The notes beneath the pieces were generated by a model that ran no database searches, was not told the DNA's origin, and worked only from the letters and a program-made list of their open reading frames with translations. A program made the position numbers and the translations under genes. A stretch of DNA of 64,000 bases, taken from assembly GCA_000708835.1 (NCBI GenBank), contig DF236959.1, positions 230,183-294,182 on the forward strand, in the 5' to 3' direction. The DNA comes from Klebsormidium nitens (taxonomy: Eukaryota; Plantae; Klebsormidiophyceae). Below, piece after piece: positions 40,201 to 52,600 of the stretch; position 1 is the first letter of the stretch, and every line of letters begins with the position of its first letter.

Positions 40201-43200
40201 ATTGCCGTTGCTGGAATCCTTTGAACGGCCCGGAAAGAACTTTATCGTGCACCTGTTCTTTGCTGCCCTACGGAGTAGCGTCGACCGAGATGTGTGAGCT
40301 CTTTGCGGTTGCCCGGACCGATGGGGAAGCATCACTGAATCCCTTGAAGTAGAGATACGAGAATCGTACACCTTTTGCTGGATGCATACAGCTTCTTCCG
40401 AGCAACCTGCCAGTTTTAGTGAAAATTCTAAACCAATTTAGTCAGTCTGTTGTTGAGTGAAATCAGTCTAGATTAGATGACACTGAACTGGCAGGTTGAT
40501 CGGGAGAAGCTGTATCGACGTGCAACGAACTGGGAAGCTAGAAATTGACGCAATTTTCCGTTTATTGACAAGCTCAAGCCCCTCTTGCGTCTATGTGCAG
40601 GAGGTACTGAGTTTGAGTGCCAGAACGTTCCGCCCCTGGTGAGCTCTCCGCCCACCTTCTCTGGAAGCTGCTACGGAATCGGCTGGTTAGACTATCGTTC
40701 CTCCTTCAATCTCGTTCAGAGGCGTCCCGCTTATGTGTCGGTTCAGCAATTGTTGACTTAGAGCGTGGACCTTGCTTTCAACCCTACTTCGGAAGTGCCA
40801 AAGCTGCTGACAGTTCCACGCGTCGTTTCGGCAAGTTATATCCACCTTATAAAAGGCTTTTTGATGAACCCACACTCCAGCATTAGGAAAACGGTGCGAC
40901 GGAACCGTTCTTTAGAGCAAGTGATTGCATCAAAGAGGTACAGTCTCACCACTTTTGAGCAGACGGATTTCGTCCTTCTGTCGATCCTCAGGCGGATGCA
41001 ATCCAACATTGTGAGCGCATGCTTTCATGAAACCTTTCCACCTTTTAAGATTCTTATACACAGAGTGAGCCAGCCAAAATGAGCAAAGAAGGCGTCGCTT
41101 CCCCTCCAGGTTTCTGGCCCACGTGACCGAAGTCCTTGCGGCGTCCGGCGAGCGCGTTCACACCTTGCTCCAGGAGCCCCGGGAGGGCCTCGGGGGCTGC
41201 GGTTTGGAGGAGTCGTTCCGGCTGCAGTATGCCGAGGACGTGGCTGCAGAGGACGCCACGTGGCAGGTGGGGATTGGAAATTGCACGGTCCACAAGCGTC
41301 TCGGTTGCGGGCAATGATGCACATGGAAGACCACGGTTGAACAGACGGCGGTTGAGGGTCTGCTTGTTGTTGCGCTGCTCCGATTTTCGCTTTTGACTCG
41401 GTTTTTTGAAAGAAGATTTCTACGTTGCTTGCCACATTTACATGCACACGCGTCGGTGACAGAGGCCCGGGACGAGCGGGAAGAGGCGTTCCCATTGGAA
41501 GCAAAGTCCGCGAAGTTTTCGGCTTCGGTCAAGTATTACTCTGCCTCCCGGGCACAAGTACTTGATTCTATCGAGCGACCAAATAAAATTAGTCGGGTTG
41601 CTTCGTGCGGGACGGCGCAAGCCTGATTTCCCTTCCCTTAATCTTGTATTCCCGGCCTTCAGATCCTAATGAAGACTTCTGCGCAGATTGCACTTTCCTT
41701 TGCAGCGCCCTGTGCTGGGCCGCGAAACTTTGAGCACTCCACATCTTCGGACCTCCCTTTCCTTGTAATTTCAATCTCTTTTGTTCCTTCTGCGCAGAAC
41801 GCGCCCTTTTACCTCGCGCAGTGCCCCGTGCTGGGCCGCGGAACGCTAGAAACACTGCTCATCAGACGGTCCGCATCAGCGGCACGCGATCCGGACGTCC
41901 TGAAGCTGCTGGACATCTGCCGCCAGTACGGCCTAGACGAGGCCGCCGTCAAGATCTGCCGGGTTAGTGATCGTTAAATAACTTCCGCTGTCAGATGTTC
42001 GTATGAGATTCTGCAAAGCCTCTGCGAGAGTGGTGGGCCAGACCAATGAGGCCCCCATTGGAATTGCAGAGAGACCTGCCGTGAAGCCCCTTCGGTCCGC
42101 AGAAATATCCGGTGCTAGTTGCTGGTCTTGTGTGTGAAGCTTGGTTGTCACGACGATGGCTTTCGGTCTGCTGTGCTTCAAAGAAAGGTTTTGAGCCAAG
42201 AAGACCATTTGCTACGTCGATTGGGCTTTAAATTCCCGGACCGACTCGGAGCCCAGTGGTACGAGGAAAGCTTCGTCAAAGATCGAGGCAGTTTGACAGG
42301 ACTATGAATCTCCGCTGGCGATTACCACCATGGGCATGGACCGGAAGTTTTCGCATCACTCGAGGACGTAGCTAGTGCAAATTGGTGGCCCCAATCCAGA
42401 GCGTACTTTGCAGGGCACCGTAATCCTGCCGAAACTCTCCTTTTCTGCGGAGAAGCAGTCACCGAGGTATCTGATAGTCAGCGGTGCCGTCACATTGGTC
42501 GGGAACATAGCTGATGACCTACGGTTCACACCGATGGCATCTGGGAATGTGGAGTTCAAGCGACGCGAGTGCAGTCCACGGGGATTCGCAATCGCGTGGT
42601 TGCAACAGGGCACGACAACAGGCGTCGACAAGAGCAGAACAAAAAAAAGATTCGATCCTGAAACATTTACTAGGCAAAGCGCACACTGTGAAATCTGGAT
42701 CTCACACCAGAAGATGCGGGCGTCCAACGATGGGAGCACCAGCAAAGGGGACCCGCGGTTGATGGCTGCAGCATAGGCACGACGACAAATAACCAGACTA
42801 CCCAAAGATCTGGTGTGCAGGCACATCAATCAAAGCTCAAAACCCTAAACGTCAAAGCCTGTTCCGCAGAACGTGGGCGTCCAACGGTGGGAGCGCAAGC
42901 AGCGGGGATCGGCGATCGCGTGGCTGCAGCGGGGCCGCGACGACAAACGACTGAACGCGATCGCGCACGAGCTGATTGAAGAGGTGACGAACGCGGAGGG
43001 CGAGGGCCTGGATGCGATCGGGCTGCTGCTGGACAACGTCAGCACGGCCCTGCCTCTCTCGGGCTCGCTCGCGTTTCTGCAACGGTGAGCTGACAAGAAC
43101 TGTAATCTCATAGAGAGAAGCTGGTCTCTAGAAGGGGTATTGATTGTCAACCTCATTTCATGGAGGAGGACACGTAACTCTTTTGGGCTCTATGGCGTTC

Positions 43201-44532
43201 CTCAACGGTGGATAGGGGACTTGACGCTCCGCAATCAAGGGTGTGGGTAAGGTCGTCAGATGCAAACGTCAAAGGGGTGACCTGCCGCACTCAAGCTCGC
43301 TGCGGTTTCTGCAACATTCAGTCAGCGAAGTTCTGAGACACCTCTGGGGGAGTCTTCGTTTCGGGGTTCGTAAACCACCAGTGTGGGTTGGCGTGGATGC
43401 GAATGACGGCCGCTGATTGTGGCGGCGTTCTTGCAAAATACTAAAATCTGGAACCAGAAACAGCTGCCGAGCTTTTGCAGAACTCTGGCAGCGAAGTGAT
43501 TTTCGGGCACGCAGCGTGGAATGGGGCTTCCTGTGTTCAAACGCAGTTGACCCGCACCGTGGCACTCAAAGCGAAGATGTGGCACGACTTTAACGGTCAA
43601 GCTCAGCGTACGCTCTCTTCCCCAAGGACGAGTTCAATGTACGTCTCACTTCATGTTTTTATCTGAACACGAGTCGAAGTGCACACGTATCGCAAGGAAC
43701 AACTTGTGTGTCCTGCAGACGAATTTGAATTTTCTTTTTCGCCGGTGCAGGTACCGGAAATTGCAAGCGACGTTGGCCCTCTTGCGCTCGCCCCCGGCCG
43801 AGGGGCTGCCAGCGCAGTTACGGGCCGCAGGGGAAACGATTGTCGCCCTTCTGACGCCGGGCATGGCTCCCCGCCAGTTCTGGCTCACCATACTTTTTGA
43901 CGCGGTACGTTACTTTCTTGCCGGCTTTCAGGGATTCGGTGTGCAATACTAAATTCTTTCTGGAAATATGCGTTTCGTGCTAGAGGTTACGCCTTCCATC
44001 AACTCTGGCCGCCCACCTGGACCTTACGTTGGACCAATAGCAGAGCCAAGAATCGTCCTGCATGCAACGGACTACCTTTAGTGAAAGTCGCAGATGAGAT
44101 CCGGCCCAAGCGGCCAGTCTTGACAAAACCTGCTGTGAAAGTTCTGTGGGTACTCTTCTGAAGATGCCAATGCTTTGGGACTGAGCGGTGACGATGTTTA
44201 GGTGCATTGCGGTACTCGTCAGTCCTAGATCCACCTCTACCGAGAAGTATTGATACAAGAGAGCAGTGATTGCCAGCTTAGACGTGGGGAGTGAAACTCC
44301 AACGTTCTCTCTGCAGATCCCCCTTCTCGAGTGGCCGGGCTTCACAGTGTTTGACTCGCGGCAGACCTTCCATCTGATGGCTTGCTTAGAAGAACTGCGG
44401 ACTTCGCACTTGCATGACGAGTATTTGAAAAAGGGGGGTGAGGCGATTGATGAGCTGACACTGCAAAGGCTGGATCTAGCGCTTGCCACAAATCTAGGGC
44501 GGGCTTTCGTGAAGGATGCAAATCGGACATAA
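34291..44532 (+). CDS. NUP85: Nuclear pore complex protein NUP85; about 15 exons
   Basis: Collinear plant NUP85 motifs: RRIAYDSVDPF, AAWELIELFY..LVEWL, YWEAIAAILAVGW, WAELLAAHL, ILGGETE, LGGCGLEE..ATWQ, LLDICRQYGL, GSAIAWLQ, PRQFWLTIL, LDLALATNLGRAF. The start at 34291 (MPG..) is plausible but exon 2 is uncertain. Confidence 0.9.
38400..38810 (+). repeat. Three tandem ~140-148-bp copies of a NUP85 3' splice site + exon start
   Basis: TTCTTT(A/T)CAG|GCGCG(C/T)GAGA..TGGAAGGGCAA..CAGAAGCTGCTGAC..AGCCA begins at 38468, 38608 and 38756. Only the third continues in NUP85 frame. Confidence 0.9.
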
Positions 44533-46199
44533 GGCCCGTGTTGAACCAAGACTGATTCTTTCGATGGTCAGCGTCTGTATGCTTCAAATCGTTCGAGTCC
44601 TTCGTTTGTGACTGGTATGAAACTCTGCTTTCATGCATCAGGGAGTAAATCACTATATGGGCCTATAATCGAATCATTGAGTACGATCATGTTGAAATGA
44701 CTGCAGGGTCAGGTCGATCAATGCATGCCAGAGATGCACGTCTTTTCATGATTATAGCCTATATCGGATGTCACTGTGGTTATACGTGACTGCTGGCAAA
44801 TTCACATATGGGGAAAAAGGCCTATAGTACGTCGGCCGGACCGACATGCATATGATCAATTGCATGAACGATTTTTGCAACGATCGTCTGCATGCAGCGC
44901 ATGTCCGATCCACTGAGCTGATCGTAATTTGCATGCTTCGCCGGAAACCAATCCAATCGAACATATATCGCGTTCAAAATTCAGTGACATTCTGCCCATG
45001 GCTTCACCTTTACACATCCAACTATACATGTCACCCACGTCGTGCGCTGAAGCTTGGACGACAGTTAGGCCCGCACATGTGCATTCAATGATTGCAATTG
45101 CATTGACAACCCAGTATACTTCATCTCCTGTCGAAAGAAGAATTACGACAAACTCGACTTCGCCCTCCATTGATGCATCTATGATAAACCTACGGGAATG
45201 TTATCGAGACTCGAAGTTTCAACTTCTGCTCAACGAAGTTTTCTGCTAGCAACTCTTCACTGCTTCCTTGACTACCAGCTCTCAACCTGATGGCCGTGAA
45301 GTTCACCCAGTCTTCGCCCATCGCAATCTGCTGGCTAGTCGGGATGTTGCCTACAACGGTGAATCCTTGCCCTTGATCTTGCTCAACTCGAAGTTTGACG
45401 AACAATGGGTTTGAATTGTCAGGCTCAACAGCATTTGTGGGATGGTTGTCCGGCTCGGCTTCGCTAAGCCAAAAGGACGTGCTCAGCTTTGTGACTAGCA
45501 CAAACGTTGAAGCAGAACTTCGAGCAAGGTCGCACTCAAGCTTGTATCCAAAGAATCTCCTTCTATCAACGGAAAAGATATCGTCCTGGGCGAGTCCGCA
45601 TACTTTGGCTTTTTCAATGGCTAGCTCGAAGGTCTTGGTCAAGGGCGTCACTGCACCTGGTCGCGGCGGAAGAACGTCCTGGAAGGAAAGCCTGCTTTTG
45701 GTTTGACGAACAATCTCATGCTGCTCGTTTTGCAACCCCCGGAGTACAAGCGCTCTCCTGATGACCAATGCAACCTCCGCGGATTGCGTTTCAGGCAGCT
45801 GCTGGATTAGACTTAGGAAACTGCTCGTCATGTGGTGGTACCGGATGAATCTGCTCAGGTCCGGAAAGGCCCTCCCCCTGCCCTCCCCTCCTTTCAACCA
45901 TTTGTAGACGATAATGATGCCTACAAGAACCGTAATTTGTAGGCATCATCTAAATCCAGCATCTTAGATTTGATCAGCTTTTCGCTGAAAGCAAGAAGCC
46001 CCTTCATTGACCCCTGCTCCCGAATGCTCTCCGGCAAGTCTAGAATCCGACACGCATCTACCAGCTTTGCATCTTCCTGGAGCGCTTTTGCAATTGGCTC
46101 TACTGCCCTTGCCAACGGAGTACCGGTCAGCTAGGATGAGAAGCCGAATCAAGGCCTCTTTGTCTGAGCTCATGGCATCCGGGATTGACTTGGTGTAGC

Positions 46200-46861
46200 N
46201 NNNNNNNNNNNNNNNNNNNNNNNNNNNNNNNNNNNNNNNNNNNNNNNNNNNNNNNNNNNNNNNNNNNNNNNNNNNNNNNNNNNNNNNNNNNNNNNNNNNN
46301 NNNNNNNNNNNNNNNNNNNNNNNNNNNNNNNNNNNNNNNNNNNNNNNNNNNNNNNNNNNNNNNNNNNNNNNNNNNNNNNNNNNNNNNNNNNNNNNNNNNN
46401 NNNNNNNNNNNNNNNNNNNNNNNNNNNNNNNNNNNNNNNNNNNNNNNNNNNNNNNNNNNNNNNNNNNNNNNNNNNNNNNNNNNNNNNNNNNNNNNNNNNN
46501 NNNNNNNNNNNNNNNNNNNNNNNNNNNNNNNNNNNNNNNNNNNNNNNNNNNNNNNNNNNNNNNNNNNNNNNNNNNNNNNNNNNNNNNNNNNNNNNNNNNN
46601 NNNNNNNNNNNNNNNNNNNNNNNNNNNNNNNNNNNNNNNNNNNNNNNNNNNNNNNNNNNNNNNNNNNNNNNNNNNNNNNNNNNNNNNNNNNNNNNNNNNN
46701 NNNNNNNNNNNNNNNNNNNNNNNNNNNNNNNNNNNNNNNNNNNNNNNNNNNNNNNNNNNNNNNNNNNNNNNNNNNNNNNNNNNNNNNNNNNNNNNNNNNN
46801 NNNNNNNNNNNNNNNNNNNNNNNNNNNNNNNNNNNNNNNNNNNNNNNNNNNNNNNNNNNNN
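46200..46861. other. Assembly gap (662 N)
   Basis: Run of N. Confidence 1.
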
Positions 46862-46930
46862 TCTGAAAACTTGGGGCACAAGATTTACCTTGTTACTTGA
46901 TAGTTGCCAAGTATCGCCTTCAAATATTTA

Positions 46931-47277
46931 GGTTGGGTCGGACTTCTAGGGGTTGCTCCTTTCGTGCTCTAAAATGTGTAAATATCTACCGGGCACTCGC
47001 GATTCCAACCGGGTCCGGACCCAAATCTCAATTTTCTACCGGTTGGTCGTCGAAAGGTACTTGTAAGCAGCCCGTAGCAAAAAACCGACCTCGATTTGGC
47101 CATGTTTCGAGTGATTGGTGGTAGGAAACGTCCTACCGGGCCGAAAACGGGCAAAGTGCTGACATACTGTGGGCTCTACTTGACCTGTGCATGTGTACTT
47201 TTCGACCGTACGGGTGTACATTTTCAAAATCTCCGGGTCCACGGACCTACGGGAAGGTCTTGGGTTCGACCCCAACC
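46931..47277. mobile_element. Possible small non-autonomous DNA transposon remnant in the BTB intron
   Basis: Imperfect terminal inverted repeat GGTTGGGTCGGAC ... GTTCGACCCCAACC, with an interior rich in ACCGG/CGGACC words. No clear TSD. Confidence 0.3.
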
Positions 47278-48842
47278 AAGATCGCCAAAAACTTTTCTTT
47301 TTACCATGCCGCTAGGGAGCTAAAACTATGAGTGCCGGAATTGGCCCTACCTGATCCTGCGAACGCCCAGAAGCGCAGAAGCTCGACGAGTGCGTCCTTC
47401 TCTTGAATAGAGTCCACTGTCACAGACGGATGCTCAGAACCTTGGAGCTCGCTTGTGAAGAGCTTCTCAAAGACCTGCATTATGCAGGACCGAGACCGGA
47501 TTAGCTGATAGGCTTTGAGGATTCTCATCTTCTCTCATCTGAAATCATGGGGACAGTAAGGATGCTATCAATCCTCACCAGAGATGCGATGCTCTGCAAA
47601 TGGCAAGCTCTGAGCGATTCTTGTCAATGTTGGCATACATGGTGCTCCAAACTCGAGCGCATATTTTCAGAACTTGTACCTTCCAGCATATGTACCAGGC
47701 AACTCTCAAAATCTGACGTGCTCCTACCTTCAATGTCAAACCACGCAACCAAACGACATTCCTGAACCATACTGTTCCCTGTCTCAGACGGTGTGTCGTC
47801 ATCTTTTCCGGCTTCTCCAAAAAAAGGTGACAGAGACAGACAAAGGTGGTGCCTTGTGTATTGAATGGATGGGGCAGATCCACTCTGGTTGACACACAGG
47901 TCCATGCTGACAATACATGCTTGAAGCCCTACACCAGTATAAGGGTGACACTGTTCTTTTCATGAGTTGGACATTGTCCTTGAATGTTCAAAGAGGCAAC
48001 CCAGCAACTTTTGATTTCGTTCCAGTCCCCATCTCAAATTTGTCTTGTCGAGGTTTGCCTGTTATGACTGCTCACTGCCAACTCACCTCACTCTCTGTGG
48101 CCAACTCCAGAGCATTCAACGCAATCTCCAAGGCTCCAAAAACTGAGCTTCTGGTTGCTTCCTTTTCTCCCCAACCAATGCACCACTCGCGTCACTCTCC
48201 TCTTCCCCAGGCGGCGGATACCGGATGGTCAGCCGGTGAGGAGAGAAGATTCCTGGCACATTAAAGCAGGCTGCCCTTTCCAGGGCCATACCCACGACAG
48301 ACTGCAAGGCTTGGAAAAACGCCCTGCTCAAAGCTGGCGGTTTCAAAATGGAGCGGTACAGTTCTTCAAGATATTATGGGCCAAAATGCTGAAGAAATGC
48401 AGCCAAGGTTCGTCGACATTCAATGTCAACAAGCTGCACAGCCGGCCGACACAGCCTCAGTCAGGAACCGAGCTGAAGCAAGCTAGCGAACTGGATACAG
48501 AATTTACGCGCACGGGCTGCATGGGTTACTGGTTACAGGCTGCTTATGTAGCTCATGCCTGCGCTTATACGGTCCGTGCACCATTACGGGATGGGGTCAA
48601 TTTCTGATTCCAGGGCGATATGGGGTCAAATTCTCCTTAGGAATGGCAACCGCGAGCTGCCGGTCCCGCCGTTCGGTTAATTTGCGCAAGCAAGACTGGA
48701 CTGACCTTCGAAGCAACGGACGGCAAATCATTTAGCCGTCTCTCGACACGTGGACAGCGTTTCTAGTGGTGATGCGCGCTTATGTGTCTGGCAAGTGGCA
48801 ATACCTAGTACTGGTAAAAGTTTTCCCCCGGCCGGATATAGG

Positions 48843-49155
48843 TACCGTAGTGGAAAGGTATGAATCCGAAAAAATAAATAATTATTTACCATTCGGATTG
48901 CTACATTACCTGTTTTTCGTTCAGAAAGTGATTTTCCGGATTCATTTAATAATTGCTCAAATGCCGTCGGATTCTCAAAATATTAGCCGGGCAGTCTAGA
49001 AGCAGCAGATATGGAGCAAAAATGTGCTCGGGGAGCAGTTCCGAGCACATTCGGATTCAGGGTCGCATTCATTAAATAAATCGACAAAAGACGTCGTATT
49101 CAATCAAATAATTATCATTTTTGATTATTCGGATTCATACCTTTCCACTACGGTA
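48843..49155. mobile_element. MITE, Tc1/mariner-like (TA target duplication)
   Basis: Perfect 28-bp inverted repeat TACCGTAGTGGAAAGGTATGAATCCGAA (48843-48870) / TTCGGATTCATACCTTTCCACTACGGTA (49128-49155), including the terminal TA. AT-rich non-coding interior with repeated CGGATT words. Confidence 0.85.
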
Positions 49156-49623
49156 TACGTTCTACGAGATATGTATATGCGCTCCCCTTCTGGAAGAAAG
49201 GCCCATGTCACACAACCAGAGGGAGCGCCCACGAGCGCCTTGTCAGGGAGGACTTTTCTGCAGCCGCATTATTGTCCAGCCTTCAACGATTTGTTGAATT
49301 CTAGTCTCACATAGCCTTTCGAAGTAGCTTGTCAAAGCAGCGTGCTGCCTGGTGAGGGGCTTTCTTCTCTCTGCAAGGACATTTATTCAGCACATTGAAC
49401 CGTCCAAGAGCCCCTCTTTTTGGTAGTCTTTTCATCGACTTTCTTGTAATAGCAATCAGAGATGGTGCTTTCTTCTGGGTGTTCAAATCTGCATCACATT
49501 CAAAGAAAGTGTGGTGCGGCGGGCGGCGTTCCGTCGCAGTACGGTGCTTACAGTATGTCCCGACATTCTTTGGTGGATGTCAATAACGAGAGCTCTTCTG
49601 TGAGATAGCACCGTTTCATCAAA

Positions 49624-52600
49624 ATGGCGCCCACAGGTTTCAGAACGCACGCTGAAAGCCCGCTTCTTGACCAGCTGCCCACCTCTAGTTCCTCGCCCAG
49701 ATTCCGAAACAGCACCTCCCGCCCCAAGGCCTTCTCTAAGGCTCTCCCGCTGCCAATGCTGGTGAGAGAGAGGCCGCTGCGGGTAGCTTTTCTTGTCCTT
49801 TTAGCGCTCGTTCTCAGTTTCTTGGCGGTGGTGTCATGGGCGCATTTAAACCCCGACACGCGGCTCGGGAGAGAGATGCACTTCTTTGCGCCTGCAGAGG
49901 AGTGGCGGAAAGCGAGGGTGGCATTTGAAAAGGGGCAGTTTCGGCCGTTGCTAGGTGGGGACTCTCAGAGCGTATTGACAGCAGGGGGGAAGGAAGAGTT
50001 TGGAACGCAAGATGAGGGGCATCGAAATGAAGTTGTGGAGCTTGACAAACCCGAGTCGAGCAATGTTCATGAGAACAAAGTGCTAGGTGTTGCGCAAGAA
50101 GGCAATGTAAGAGAAAGTGAAGCAGACACTGAAAATACGGGCGCGTCAGTGGACATTGAAGAAGGCAAGACTACCTCTCAGGCCGACGTTCAAAATGAAC
50201 TGGGGGTTGCGAACAGCAGTAGCACTGCCCCCCCGGAGCCCCACCCAGTAGTTGCGTTTGTAATTAAAGCCTTGTCTCAGTTCGGCTTTGAGAAGGAGCC
50301 CACTTTAGAAGCGGCCCTCCTGTTGACCACGCCTCCTAAGTTCCCTGGCTCGTATTCTGAAAGTGGAGCGGGGAAAGATGATGACACCAGAAGGAAGGAA
50401 AGCGTCTCGGTACGCCAATCCTTGGAGCACAGCACTGACTTAGAAACAAGTCATGAAGTCCATTCGGAACCAGACTCTTCAGCAAACAAGGGTCAGAGCG
50501 AAGTCCCAATTACAACTCACGAACTGGGGGTGCCCAAGAACATGCGGAAGGGCACCCCCTTGGAACAGCTGAGGCGGGTTATGCCGGAGCGCCGGCCAAA
50601 CCCAATCCCTAACCCCGAGTTTTGGGCTAAGACTTACTATGGTAGCGGGAGTAGCATGAGTTGTGACCTGGGGGATGGGGCGTGGGTCGAGGACGCAGAA
50701 TTGGAGCCCCTGGAAACAGCGAATTGCAGGTATGATTTGGAATTGAATTCGTTGTCACATGATCGCATCGACGTCAAATGGTTTCGATGGCCCTATCTGT
50801 ATCTTTCTGGGTCATTGTATCTCAATTTTGGTCATGTACATCTCACTATCATTGTGAGGTGCGTGGGGGCCAGAGTCTTGCAACGGAGCGAACGGAAGCG
50901 ATTCGAGTGGCGAACTGGCACAGCAATCTTTTTGACTGTGTTCACGGCAAAAAACCGTTGACTCCCGTGCTCTTAAGATTGTGAATGTTAGCCCTCCAGT
51001 CATATTAGATTAGCACACCAGTCTCATCATTGCTCTCATCTTTTGACCATAGCCATCATTGAGTTGCACAAATATAATCAGGAGCTGTATGTCCTCATAA
51101 TTGCTCCGAGTCAACCACAGTGACCGTAGGTCAAGGACCCGCCAGAGTTGCAATTGGCCTTAAGCGCTTGAGGAGCCACATTATTGGGTACAGGTTGGCA
51201 TAAGGAGCCCCTTAAGCCAACCCTTACCAACTTCAAGAACGAGCGACCGGCGTCCCTGTTGAAAAGCGAGCAAATCCCACTGCTTGATCAGTAGCTCTCC
51301 ATTTCGCCGAGCAGGAAGTAATGAGAAAGAGACAGTCCAATCGATCCTGATTGCCTCGCTTCCAGATCGCCTTTGATGAAACAACAGCTTTTAACCGACA
51401 ACTCTGCTATGGACTCACCTTCTTTGGTCAGCAACCTCTGCTTCCATCGCATCCCAGAACTAACGTTCTGAGCCGCTGCTGACGTCACACCCTTTGGCTC
51501 CCCTCAGGTACACCGAGGGGGAGCAGTGCGCGTGGCGCAGGGAGTCGGTTCCTAACTACCGGTCGTTCCGGTGGCTCCCATACGATTGCGACCTGCCCTT
51601 CTTTGACGCAGAGTGAGTGCTTTGTGGCTTTGGTTCGCACGGGGCGTCTGATAAAATGCCATGTTCGTGGCGACTGTGAAGCCTTCAATGCACCTCTTTT
51701 GGTCGCCTGCTAAGTCCTTGATCGACACTCAGGCAGCGAGATCGAAAGCCGGCAACAAAGGTCTGGGAGGTCTGTCAAGCAACTATGGTGTGACGCTAGC
51801 GAACGCCGTTCTTAAAATGCGTTTGAGGATTCCATGTCGAGTCCTCTCAGGTCTTCTGATTTTTTGTATTGGAAGCTCCCTTGTAACTGCGAGTTACCGT
51901 CTTTCGTTTTGACACTGCCAGACAGGGATCGAGTTGCACTTGTCTGACCTTGGCTTTGACCAGGTCAGAAGCAGTCCTTCTTTCCAAGTGCCAGTCTGAC
52001 GGCTCAGGTCGAATACTGTTAAGGACGATTTGACTCGCCGAAGGCCCAGGCCCCTTATTTATCCTTTGACATCCTCCGACGAGATTGCTTTTGAAGGTTG
52101 GAACAGTTTCGAGTCTGGATGTACATGCTGTCAAAGCCTTCGTCGACCGCTTTCTCACTGTGGTATAGCCCACCCGTTCACTGAGGCTTTAGTTCCCGGC
52201 AACTTCTTATACCAGACTAAAGAGTCTGGAGCGGTCTTATCCGGAGCATTCTTCACCGCACTACAATGCTCCAAGTCGATCATCCGCAAGCCAGCTAAGT
52301 TTTGTTCTTTTCCTCTCCCCAGGTCGTTCCTCGAGCAGTGGCGCGACAAGACGGTGTTGGTAGTTGGGGACTCCCTCGGGCGAAATTTCTTCGAGGCGCT
52401 GCTCTGCCAGCTGTCAGCCGTTGGGCCGCTCGTTCCGTTGTCGGAAGCAAGCGACCGGGAAATAAGCGACCGGGAACAAAATGATCGGGACATGCGGGGC
52501 CAGGAAATGAGTGACGGGGTAGTGGACGAAAGGGAAGAGACTGACCGGGAGACGGGAGAAGGGGAAGCGAACAACCGGGAGAGGACGGATCGGGGGGCCA

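Larger units (their letters stand above)
45190..48289 (-). pseudogene. BTB/POZ-BACK (LRB-like) gene, apparently disrupted
   Basis: Pieces read ALNALELATESE|VFEKLFTSELQGSEHPSVTV..ALVELLRF, YT..LLILADRYSV, ACRILDLPESI and LSRFIRYHHMT. They are separated by frameshifts (about 48150 and 46113), a 35-nt insertion with a stop (45900-45942) and an apparently dead donor (about 47365). The locus spans an assembly gap, so errors cannot be excluded. Confidence 0.6.

Noticed and set aside
45964-46931. 248-305-aa ORFs spanning the N run
   Set aside because: Artefacts of translating the assembly gap.
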